Below, in pieces: positions 28,974-37,016 of a stretch of 58,494 nucleotides of DNA. Each line of letters starts with the position of its first letter. The first letter of the stretch is position 1. The position numbers and the translations under genes are program-made. This DNA comes from a virus (taxonomy: Duplodnaviria > Caudoviricetes), in the IMG/VR virus record IMGVR_UViG_3300032163_000016, positions 1 through 58,494 of that record, one strand, 5' to 3'. The notes beneath the pieces were generated by a model, which saw nothing but the letters and a program-made list of their open reading frames with translations, did no database searches and was not told the DNA's origin.

Positions 28974-29025
28974 CTACGGTAACTACGCACTTTTTGTTCG
29001 TAGTACTGTCCTATGGACGAAATGA
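28970..29025 (+). repeat. 56-bp array-end element, copy 1
   Basis: 55/56 identical to 30844-30899; contains two small hairpins. Confidence 0.9.
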
Positions 29026-29046
29026 GACAAAAAAAGGAGTAACAGG

Positions 29047-29457
29047 ATGACCGCCGAAGAAGAAAAACCTGACGGACAAATCATGGAAGATGTAACCGGT
29101 GCGTTTGCTTCTCACCGCAAGGTAGCAGGCACTCAAGAATTCAAAATGCAACTTGACCAGATCGGTATTGAGTCGGGTTTATATCCAGATCAAGCGATGA
29201 AACAAACCTCGGCAATACTGGAACTTCTTCAACGAGGCAATGTAGGGAGCCAATCCGCTAAAGATGCGGCGAGCGAAGAACTCAAGAACGCGAAAACCGA
29301 ACTTGCCAAGTGGCAAACAATGTGCGAAGGATTTGTCGGGGTATCGGTAGTGGCAGACATTTTTGTGAACGAGCCACATACACCGCATGTTTTTGGACTC
29401 TACGTGAAGAATCTCATTGAGCAAATTCGCGAACTTAAGCGAGCCACCAAGAAATAA
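29047..29457 (+). CDS. Hypothetical protein
   Basis: AAGGAG SD; 136 aa. Confidence 0.65.
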   Translation: MTAEEEKPDGQIMEDVTGAFASHRKVAGTQEFKMQLDQIGIESGLYPDQAMKQTSAILELLQRGNVGSQSAKDAASEELKNAKTELAKWQTMCEGFVGVSVVADIFVNEPHTPHVFGLYVKNLIEQIRELKRATKK

Positions 29458-29635
29458 AGCATTGTGGCTAATATATCGGGCAAGCACGCAGTAACCGTTG
29501 AATTGTGGAAGTCGCTGCTATAAACCACACCGTTGAAGGCAGCAACCAACGGTCTTAGGATTCACGTTATTAGCGTGCTTGCCATTGTTATCTGTTCGGC
29601 ACTCAATAATGACGCGGTTGCGCCGAAAGGAATTT

Positions 29636-29941
29636 ATGGGACTCAACATCGTTGTCACAATACCGAAGGAGCGGGTGAAGCAAGTTGAAGCAGAGGAAAC
29701 TGAAGTAGCGAAACGGATCAAGACGGGAGAGAAGGACATCGTCTATTGGTGGAGTATTCCGAGTGAGCCAGTCAAAAGAGTCGAGCGAATCTACTTCGTC
29801 TGGAATGGGGCGATCCGAGCCTGGCATGAAATTATAGAAATCATTCACGAGACCAGTGTACGGGTCTATATGAAGCCAGAGATACACATGCTCAAAGAAC
29901 CAATACCGATGAAAGGATTTCGGGGTTGGCAATACTTCTGA
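29636..29941 (+). CDS. Cassette gene, PUA/ASCH-like protein
   Basis: RIYFVWNGAIRAW and a C-terminal PIPMKGFRGWQY, resembling ASCH-family ends. Confidence 0.5.
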   Translation: MGLNIVVTIPKERVKQVEAEETEVAKRIKTGEKDIVYWWSIPSEPVKRVERIYFVWNGAIRAWHEIIEIIHETSVRVYMKPEIHMLKEPIPMKGFRGWQYF

Positions 29942-30078
29942 TTCACAACGCGGCGCAACCGCTAAAGAGAAGTGCTGACAGATAACGTTCAAGTAAGTCC
30001 GACGTTTGGGCGTACCAATATCTAAGACTGAATCGACCAAATGTGCAACATCACACCAAAAAGAATGGAGCGAACTCT

Positions 30079-30393
30079 ATGGAAAATCAAAATAACCTGA
30101 GCGACGTAAACATTGTTAGGTGTTCGTTGCGGCTACAGACGGAATACCAGTACATAAAGTTTGAAGAGCTACCCAATCTTGCAACTCCTAAAACGAAACA
30201 TTGGTGCTGCATAAACAAACGAGTCGACTCGGTAGTTGGTTGGGTTTGTTGGGACAATGGTTGGCGGCAATATGTATTCACCCCAAAATTTAAATGTATC
30301 TTCAGCACGGGATGTCTCAAAGATGTCATACACTTTATCGAACAGGTGATGAGCGAACATCGGCAGAAAGCAATGAGCCGCAATGACACCTAA
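30079..30393 (+). CDS. Cassette gene, hypothetical; starts in the linker and reads through GTT
   Basis: GGAG SD and ATG 30079 lie in the linker; the stop codon lies within the CCTAAC box. Confidence 0.65.
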   Translation: MENQNNLSDVNIVRCSLRLQTEYQYIKFEELPNLATPKTKHWCCINKRVDSVVGWVCWDNGWRQYVFTPKFKCIFSTGCLKDVIHFIEQVMSEHRQKAMSRNDT

Positions 30394-30625
30394 CGTCTGG
30401 CAAAACACCGACGTTGCTAAAAAAAGTAGCGGGGCTGAATGAACCATACACAACATGAACTTGCGACACAATTTTGGATGCGATATTTTTGGAATTCTAC
30501 CGATAGTCCAGAGAAAAGCGATTTCTTCAACCTTTGTGAGTCACTGTGCGAGGCAACCAATCGCAATGTAGGGAGCGAAGCGACCGACGGTGTTTTGCCT
30601 GTTATGTGCAGTTTTTTGAAACAGC

Positions 30626-30847
30626 ATGAAGACAAAATTAACTCAAAAACAGAAAGATGACTTTGCTGACATTATTGCCAGCTATTCGATAATCAGTGTA
30701 AAAATGAACGGCAAGGAGATTTGGGACTGTACTGGGAAAGAAACTAAAGATTCCATCAAGTTAGGGATTACTGCCGAACACAAAAGAATATATGTGAGGG
30801 GAATCGTTAGCGAGATACTGGACTATGTTTCAAAAAATTGCACATAA
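30626..30847 (+). CDS. Cassette gene, hypothetical
   Basis: 73 aa; the stop codon lies within the CATAAC box. Confidence 0.6.
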   Translation: MKTKLTQKQKDDFADIIASYSIISVKMNGKEIWDCTGKETKDSIKLGITAEHKRIYVRGIVSEILDYVSKNCT

Positions 30848-30899
30848 CTACGGTAACTACGCACTTTTTGTTTGTAGTACTGTCCTATGGACGAAATGA
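30844..30899 (+). repeat. 56-bp array-end element, copy 2
   Basis: Matches 28970-29025 with one mismatch. Confidence 0.9.
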
Positions 30900-30924
30900 A
30901 TCAAAAGTGAAAGGAGCCTGAGAA

Positions 30925-31545
30925 TTGGCAGAATCTTTTCGGGAAATGCCAAAAGCCCAAGCAGTTCGGTCCTGGACTCCGAGTGTCCGCAAAGAAGCCT
31001 TTGAGTGGTGTGTGAAGGCAAACGGGAAGGCTTGCGTCTCGGTGAAGCACGACGAAGGCCGTGCATTCCGTCAATGGGACATTCACCACAAGGATGGGGA
31101 CAGGACTCACAACCCGCCCGACGGGTCAAATTGGGCACTGATGTGTCACCCCTGCAATGTGAGAGAGTCGCCGCACGGCCCGCCCATGCACGATAGATTC
31201 AGCACTCACCTGCACTTCAAGGAGTCACGTACATACCAACGCACACGCGAGCGGCTAGCAGTGAAAACTCTTGCAATGCAGAGGAATGTGACTGCTGAGC
31301 CGATCGTACGCGAATTCGCCAGAGAGAAGATCAAAGAGAAGGGCGAGGTCGGGCTGGAGGATCTGATTGACGCGGCGGCGGAAGAGGTTTTAAGGCGGAC
31401 CAAAAGTAGGTGCAGTATAACGCAAGAACGCGTCCGGTTGTATTTGGACAAGATGTTGAATCCTTTGACGGGAGAGTATGAGATTTTTGAGGATGAGGAT
31501 GGAGTGGAATGGATAAGGAGACGGCAAGATGATTCGACGCATTGA
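30925..31545 (+). CDS. HNH-domain protein
   Basis: IHHKDGDRTHN...NWALMCHPCN; AAGGAG SD. Confidence 0.75.
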   Translation: MAESFREMPKAQAVRSWTPSVRKEAFEWCVKANGKACVSVKHDEGRAFRQWDIHHKDGDRTHNPPDGSNWALMCHPCNVRESPHGPPMHDRFSTHLHFKESRTYQRTRERLAVKTLAMQRNVTAEPIVREFAREKIKEKGEVGLEDLIDAAAEEVLRRTKSRCSITQERVRLYLDKMLNPLTGEYEIFEDEDGVEWIRRRQDDSTH

Positions 31546-31816
31546 CAATAGTCAGAGAGAAAAGAAAAGAGTGAAGAAAGGCGAACTGAACGGAGAAATC
31601 GAACGATTGAAAACCACCATCAGCCAGTTGCAGAAAGGAATAATCGACGATCCGGCAGAATCCGAGCGCCGCAAGCATTGCGTGGACTGCGGGCACAAGA
31701 AAAACGACAAGCGAAGCGCGCAGGTCGCGGAAGAAAAAGCAAAACCAAGGCGGGAATCCGAGATGAGCCAAACCAGGCGCAGCTACGAGAAGATGATGGT
31801 TGGATACAACAGGTAG
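31529..31816 (+). CDS. Hypothetical protein
   Basis: AGGAG SD; coiled coil plus CxxC. Confidence 0.45.
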   Translation: MIRRIDNSQREKKRVKKGELNGEIERLKTTISQLQKGIIDDPAESERRKHCVDCGHKKNDKRSAQVAEEKAKPRRESEMSQTRRSYEKMMVGYNR

Positions 31817-31826
31817 GGGGGACACA

Positions 31827-32129
31827 ATGAAATTCAGAATGAGTCTTGGTCAGATCAAGTTCTACATTGAGCGCTTGCAGAATTACGGCACGAAGTTTCA
31901 TTTCCTAGTGACCATTCTCATCGCAATCAATGTTGGGGTGGCAGCATGGTATTGGTGGTTACTTCTCATCCCAATCGGAATCGTAACGGTGATCCTAGAC
32001 CGCAAGTATGTGGCCGCCGACGATCTGAGGGAGTACATGAGGATCAACCCCGCCTGGATAGAGATGACGGAACGGTTAGAGCGCATTGAGAAGGTGTTGA
32101 AGGAAAAGAATGAACAGAGCAAACGATAA
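31827..32129 (+). CDS. Two-TM membrane protein
   Basis: Hydrophobic helices and a C-terminal coiled coil. Confidence 0.6.
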   Translation: MKFRMSLGQIKFYIERLQNYGTKFHFLVTILIAINVGVAAWYWWLLLIPIGIVTVILDRKYVAADDLREYMRINPAWIEMTERLERIEKVLKEKNEQSKR

Positions 32130-32493
32130 TTGGGTCGCATCCATAGTTATTGCCGGAGTGTGTGTCTTAGCCGTTTTCCTGAGCGGTCTGGTTTTTAATG
32201 GACACCCAAGAAATGCTTGGGAGGATCTCTTAACACTTGCGGCACTGGGAATTTTGTTACTCGGCATCAACGTGTTATTGCTGCTTGCGGTTACGGGATT
32301 CTGGCAGTTTGGACTCTTTGTTGTAGAGAAATTGGCAATGCGCGGAAAAAAGACCCGCCACCTACCCCATACGTGCCTATGCTGGTTCTGGAACTGGCGA
32401 AGGGGATGGGAAGAGGTAGACAATCCTGATGGATTGTATCCGCTCGAAAGATGTCGCCGCTGCGGGATTCACAGAGAGAGGAAAAGGTACTAA
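32110..32493 (+). CDS. Membrane protein
   Basis: Two TM segments and a C-terminal CRRC. Confidence 0.55.
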   Translation: MNRANDNWVASIVIAGVCVLAVFLSGLVFNGHPRNAWEDLLTLAALGILLLGINVLLLLAVTGFWQFGLFVVEKLAMRGKKTRHLPHTCLCWFWNWRRGWEEVDNPDGLYPLERCRRCGIHRERKRY

Positions 32494-32711
32494 AAGCTTG
32501 GATCGCATCTGCATTGACTGCGCGTGTGGGTACTCATTCTGTTTGAGTCGCGCGGTATTGGAACATAGCACAGGTGGATTTTTCGAGTGCCCTGGAAAGG
32601 AGATAAAGCATTGTACGCGGCGATTTCGCCCCGCTGATATGCTGGCCCTAATGAACCGAGGCGAAAGAGAGTATAAGGTGGAAGAGAAACAAGAAAATCT
32701 AGAGTTGAACA

Positions 32712-34091
32712 GTGGATCACCTTGATTTGTTCTCAGGAATCGGTGGTTTCGCTCTCGCGGCGAAATGGGTTTGGAAGGATGAATACGTAAATGTCGGACA
32801 CTCGGAAATTGACAAATACTGCTGCCAAGTCTATCACAAGCGATTCCCCGAAAGCAAATGCTTCGGAGACATCACGAAGGTTGACTGGTCGAAAGTCAAA
32901 GCGAAACTCGTTACAGGGGGATTTCCTTGCCAGCCATTCAGTGTTGCCGGGAAGCGAAGAGGCAAGGCGGATGACCGCTACCTCTGGCCGCCAATGTTTG
33001 ATGCGATACGAGCAATTCATCCGAGGTTCGTGGTCGTTGAGAATGTGCCGGGTCTTGATGACAAAACCTATCTGGCACTCGATGGCTGTATCTCTGATTT
33101 GGAAAGCGCGGGCTACGAAGTCGCGCCGCCGTTTTGGATTCCAGCTTGTGCCATTGGTGCGCCGCATAAAAGGGAGAGAATTTGGATTCTTGCTCACCAC
33201 GCCAACATCAATGGATGGTATGCAAAGCAAGAAAAAACGAGATCGGCTTTTCATAACAAAAAACCAAACGGTGAGATACCGGGGCAAGGGCGGCAAAACA
33301 AGCAATGCGGGATTACGCAGTCAACTGGAACATTATCTTGCATTATTGCCAACACCAGAATCACGGGACTATCGGAGTCCAGACTGCAATCCAAAAACGA
33401 GAAGGCAACGTGTAAAGTCAGAACTCAACACGACCATAGGGTTAATTCCCACGCCGCGCCTAAAAATGGTGAACGGGCCAAGTCAATCAGAGATAGACGC
33501 AGGGGACCCGAAGCGGAGAATCGAGGTCACAATTGGAATGAACCCTGGCTTGAAGTTGCAACCCGCCTTTGTGGAACACCTAATGGGCTATCCGCTTGGC
33601 TGGACCGAAATAACGGAGGATTGAATGGGTCAACCGCAAAAAAGGTTACCCGACAAAATCTGCCCTATTTGTGGCACTATATTCAACAGGAAGCGATTCG
33701 GCAAGACCCTGGAGGATGCGAATCGATACCAGACACGCAAAACCTGTTCGCAGTCTTGTGGCAACACTTTACTCGAACCACTGGACAGAAGCACCTATTA
33801 CTTGAGAGCGCGGAAGCATCTGAAGCCCGCCTGCGAAACGTGTGGATCGAAAATCAAGTTGGACGTTCACCACAAAGACGGGAATATCAAGAACGAGCAA
33901 CCGGAGAATTTGCAGACGCTTTGCCACTGCTGTCACATGAAGTTGCATTGGCGACAGAGAAAATGGTGAAGCGGTATTCTGCCCATCGGGTGGACAGACT
34001 TAGAGCATTAGGCAACGCAATTATGTGGCAACTGGCCGCCGCGATGATGCAGGCCATGAAGGAAGTTGACGATAAGGAGATAGGAACATGA
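32712..34091 (+). CDS. C5-cytosine DNA methyltransferase, large (alpha) polypeptide lacking motif IX
   Basis: DLFSGIGG, GDI, GGFPCQPFS, ENV, HKRERIW and motif X RLRALGNAI. Confidence 0.9.
   Translation: MDHLDLFSGIGGFALAAKWVWKDEYVNVGHSEIDKYCCQVYHKRFPESKCFGDITKVDWSKVKAKLVTGGFPCQPFSVAGKRRGKADDRYLWPPMFDAIRAIHPRFVVVENVPGLDDKTYLALDGCISDLESAGYEVAPPFWIPACAIGAPHKRERIWILAHHANINGWYAKQEKTRSAFHNKKPNGEIPGQGRQNKQCGITQSTGTLSCIIANTRITGLSESRLQSKNEKATCKVRTQHDHRVNSHAAPKNGERAKSIRDRRRGPEAENRGHNWNEPWLEVATRLCGTPNGLSAWLDRNNGGLNGSTAKKVTRQNLPYLWHYIQQEAIRQDPGGCESIPDTQNLFAVLWQHFTRTTGQKHLLLESAEASEARLRNVWIENQVGRSPQRREYQERATGEFADALPLLSHEVALATEKMVKRYSAHRVDRLRALGNAIMWQLAAAMMQAMKEVDDKEIGT
32791..33624 (+). CDS. Overlapping beta polypeptide of the C5 MTase (TRD repeats plus motif IX); true start uncertain (e.g. 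32971)
   Basis: LLTTPT/LLPTP/LIPTP repeats and LQPAFVEHLMGYPLGWT in the +1 frame, as in the M.EcoHK31I alpha/beta arrangement. Confidence 0.75.
   Translation: MSDTRKLTNTAAKSITSDSPKANASETSRRLTGRKSKRNSLQGDFLASHSVLPGSEEARRMTATSGRQCLMRYEQFIRGSWSLRMCRVLMTKPIWHSMAVSLIWKARATKSRRRFGFQLVPLVRRIKGREFGFLLTTPTSMDGMQSKKKRDRLFITKNQTVRYRGKGGKTSNAGLRSQLEHYLALLPTPESRDYRSPDCNPKTRRQRVKSELNTTIGLIPTPRLKMVNGPSQSEIDAGDPKRRIEVTIGMNPGLKLQPAFVEHLMGYPLGWTEITED
33625..33969 (+). CDS. HNH endonuclease nested in the C5 MTase gene
   Basis: GGAGG SD; CPIC...TCSQSC; CETC...VHHKDGNIKNEQPENLQTLCHCCH. Confidence 0.85.
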   Translation: MGQPQKRLPDKICPICGTIFNRKRFGKTLEDANRYQTRKTCSQSCGNTLLEPLDRSTYYLRARKHLKPACETCGSKIKLDVHHKDGNIKNEQPENLQTLCHCCHMKLHWRQRKW

Positions 34092-34228
34092 AACTCCGAT
34101 GGTTTTTGATTTTGGGTGGAGTTGTGCTGGCAGTTGCGATTGTACGGTATTTGCATCCCAGAAGGCGCCGCCCCGATGTGACAAAGATATTTGACGGCAT
34201 AATGGATTTCGTCGATGAGAGGGAGTGA
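34088..34228 (+). CDS. Small membrane peptide (46 aa, not in the ORF track)
   Basis: AGGAG SD; MKLRWFLILGGVVLAVAIVRYL...; fills the gap exactly. Confidence 0.55.
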   Translation: MKLRWFLILGGVVLAVAIVRYLHPRRRRPDVTKIFDGIMDFVDERE

Positions 34229-34921
34229 ATGCTGAAGAAGTCACAAGGGAACATGTATCCTTGGACAAGCCACACGCACAGTCATCTTGGTGGTGAATGT
34301 CCACACAAATGCGTCTACTGTTACATGAACCATCCTCGCTTCGGCAGGGCAGCGCGATACACAGGCAGGGTGCGGCTAATAGAGTCGGAATTGAGCGTAA
34401 ACTATGGTACGGGCAAAGTAATCTTCATCGAACACACCGGCGACATAATGGCGCGAGATGTGCCAAGCGAATTCGTGGACAAGATACTCACGCATTGTAG
34501 AGCGTATCCCGAAAATGAATACGTATTCCAGTCGAAAAATCCAAGAAGATTCCTTGAGTTTCGCGGTAAATTCCCGCCGAAGATCATGCTTGGCACAACG
34601 ATTGAGACAAACCGCACCATCGAGGGTATCTCGGAGGCCCCTACACCAGAGCAAAGATACTGGGGCATGCTTTCTTTGAGAATACTTGCCGCAAATTGTC
34701 CAACATTTCTTACGATTGAACCAGTCCTTGACTTTGATGTTCGGATACTCGGTGCTTGGATTATCAACTTAGATCCGCACTTTGTAAATATCGGTGCAGA
34801 CTCAAAGAACCACAAACTCGTCGAGCCGAGAAGAGAAAAGGTTGTGGCCCTAATGGACTATCTCAAGAAGAGCGGGATTGAACTTCGAGAGAAACACAAC
34901 TTGAATCGGTTGATCAAATGA
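34229..34921 (+). CDS. Radical-SAM protein (gp37/gp68/DUF5131-like)
   Basis: CPHKCVYCY, FQSKNP, GTTIETNR, TIEP and VNIGADS. Confidence 0.85.
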   Translation: MLKKSQGNMYPWTSHTHSHLGGECPHKCVYCYMNHPRFGRAARYTGRVRLIESELSVNYGTGKVIFIEHTGDIMARDVPSEFVDKILTHCRAYPENEYVFQSKNPRRFLEFRGKFPPKIMLGTTIETNRTIEGISEAPTPEQRYWGMLSLRILAANCPTFLTIEPVLDFDVRILGAWIINLDPHFVNIGADSKNHKLVEPRREKVVALMDYLKKSGIELREKHNLNRLIK

Positions 34922-35165
34922 GGAAAGATCGACAATGCTCGTAAACATCACAATCCCCGAGCTCATTGCCGTGGGGATTATCCATTCTCGCAGTTGGACA
35001 TAGGCAATGAAGATCCTCAAATTGGTTGGCAAGATAGTGCTACTAATCGTTTGCTCAGTACTCTTTCTAGCGATTTGGGGGTTCATCTGGTTTGGATTGT
35101 TATTGATAGCGAAATGACGATGTGGAGACTAAATGAAAAGGGACTTATATACCTGACTCCACTAA

Positions 35166-35657
35166 ATGAACATTGAGCGAATATGGGAAATGCCGAATCG
35201 CTACACCTTCAAAATGCGGGCAGTAGACCGTCTTTTGAGGCAGGAAATGTCTGGCACTTGGATTGATCCTTTCTCTGGCCTGTTTAGCCCTGCGCAGATT
35301 CGCAACGACGCAGATGAGGCATTACCGGCGGATTCGCATGTTGATGGCTTGGAGTTTCTGCGGACATTACCAGCGAAGAATTTTGACGGAGTGCTGTTTG
35401 ACCCGCCCTATTCATGCGAACAAGCTCTCAGGAAATACAAGCCGCGACAGAATGGAACGGCTGGACGCGCTGAATACTGGGCCAAATGCAAGGACGAGAT
35501 TGCTCGCATTGTCAGGCCAGGCGGGAAGGCCATCTGTTTCGGGTGGGACTCTACGGGTATCGGTAAGAAGCGTGGTTTTAGACTCGAACGTATTTTGTTG
35601 CTGTGCCACGGAGCGTGTCACAACGACACGATTATCACGGTGGAGTTAAGTATATAA
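35166..35657 (+). CDS. Small adenine-type DNA methyltransferase-like protein
   Basis: WIDPFSG, VLFDPPYS, RIVRPGG and CHGACHND. Confidence 0.8.
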   Translation: MNIERIWEMPNRYTFKMRAVDRLLRQEMSGTWIDPFSGLFSPAQIRNDADEALPADSHVDGLEFLRTLPAKNFDGVLFDPPYSCEQALRKYKPRQNGTAGRAEYWAKCKDEIARIVRPGGKAICFGWDSTGIGKKRGFRLERILLLCHGACHNDTIITVELSI

Positions 35658-35663
35658 ATCCGA

Positions 35664-35954
35664 ATGAAAAGGGATAGTGGGGAGACTCGTTACTGTGAAG
35701 CATGCGGCAAAGAATTGACGAAGGGCAAGCAGCGATTTTGTACTGTCTGCGGAAACGCGAAACTACATCTAAATCATGAAGCCGAGTCCCGCATCAGGGG
35801 TCATATCAGGATAAAAGGCACGAAGAGGGGCAACTGTCCTGTTTGTGCAACCAGCCCCGGTAGATACAGATTAACCGGAAGAGTTACGTATTGCGGTTTT
35901 TGTGCGAAGCCACTTCGAGTTCATAGCGGGCGAGGTCTTAGGTCAAGAATGTAA
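35664..35954 (+). CDS. Zn-finger protein
   Basis: Four CxxC pairs. Confidence 0.55.
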   Translation: MKRDSGETRYCEACGKELTKGKQRFCTVCGNAKLHLNHEAESRIRGHIRIKGTKRGNCPVCATSPGRYRLTGRVTYCGFCAKPLRVHSGRGLRSRM

Positions 35955-36175
35955 ATAAGAATTGGGGATGCGAAAATACTTCATGATGTCGAGTGTTTTG
36001 TGATGCTGGAATAATTGAGTCGGTTCTAAAGCGCTGCGAGCTGTAGTCTGACTCGGAATGAAGATCACTGATCTAACTGATGACGAATTGCTAGAGTTCA
36101 TTGCTCAAGGCGGTGGCATCTCCGATTTTCTCGCCGCCGTAAAGGAATTAGTCAAAAGGTTCAAGGAGTTGAAGT

Positions 36176-36571
36176 ATGGACGAAAGCAGAAAGACGCATT
36201 GGGCTCTAAGCATTAAGCAACCGTGGGCTTGGGCGATCATTTGCGCGGGAAAGAACATTGAGAACCGAGATTGGTGGGCGGACTATCGGGGTGAGTTGTA
36301 CATTCACGCATCCAAGAGATTTGACCAGTGGGGACTTCGGAAATTATTGAAGGGTGGACTCATCCCAGCGATTTGGGCACCAGGGGATCTTTACCGGGGT
36401 GGGATAATCGGGAAGGTAAAACTGGTGGACGTAGTAACCCACTCAAAGAGCAAATGGTTTGAAGGTCCTTATGGATTCGTGCTGGAGGATCCCGAGCCGA
36501 TTGATTTCTTCCCCTTGAGAGGTCGGCTGAACATTTTCCAATTTTCGTTCGAGAAGAAGGAGGCACCCTGA
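36176..36571 (+). CDS. ASCH domain protein
   Basis: ALSIKQPWAWAI..GKNIENRDW..YRGELYIHAS..GGIIG. Confidence 0.9.
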   Translation: MDESRKTHWALSIKQPWAWAIICAGKNIENRDWWADYRGELYIHASKRFDQWGLRKLLKGGLIPAIWAPGDLYRGGIIGKVKLVDVVTHSKSKWFEGPYGFVLEDPEPIDFFPLRGRLNIFQFSFEKKEAP

Positions 36572-36822
36572 TGATTTACGTCGTACTGTGTGGAATCAGT
36601 ATGTTCATCTGCATCGTAGTGGCTATTATAGGCAACGATCCCGTCGTATCAAGGCTTGATTTGATTATAGCGATGTTGTGGATGTTCGCTGGGCTGCAAG
36701 GTGTCAAGGATCTCAAAGAAAAGGAGGAAACCCGCAAACAGGAAGAAAAGCGAAAGTCCCCGAAAATGCACGGTCTAAGAGACGAGCGTAACAAGGAAGA
36801 CAGCGAATGGCCTATAACATAG
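36571..36822 (+). CDS. Membrane protein
   Basis: Two hydrophobic segments; AGGAGG SD. Confidence 0.55.
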   Translation: MIYVVLCGISMFICIVVAIIGNDPVVSRLDLIIAMLWMFAGLQGVKDLKEKEETRKQEEKRKSPKMHGLRDERNKEDSEWPIT

Positions 36823-37016
36823 AATCTGGCATAAAACCGCCCAAGGAACACAGAAGGCAGAAGTATCCGTTCGGCCTGATGAACGTAGGTGACTCGTTCC
36901 CATTCCCAATCGAGGACTACATGCGCATAGCCTCAGCGATGGTGATGTATGGCAATCGGCAGGGCAAGAAGTTCCGGTTGAGTAAGATGGAACTCCGTTG
37001 TTGGAGAGTTAAGTAA
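36807..37016 (+). CDS. Small conserved phage protein (putative DNA-binding)
   Basis: IESGIKPP...KYPFGLMNVGDSF...RCWRVK. Confidence 0.7.
   Translation: MAYNIESGIKPPKEHRRQKYPFGLMNVGDSFPFPIEDYMRIASAMVMYGNRQGKKFRLSKMELRCWRVK

Larger units (their letters stand above)
27849..29025 (+). mobile_element. Integron-like cassette array 1 (two cassettes, one attC-like linker, end element)
   Basis: GTTAGGCGT(27865)...ACGCCTAAC(28202); linker CGGCAAAAC/GTTTTGCCG; GTTATGTGCCGTGCCCG(28310)...CGGGCATGGCATATAAC(28974). Confidence 0.75.
29466..30899 (+). mobile_element. Integron-like cassette array 2 (three cassettes, three attC-like linkers, end element)
   Basis: Cassettes 29587-29986, 30115-30394 and 30601-30848 are each bounded by mutually complementary GTT.../...AAC ends. 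Confidence 0.75.
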
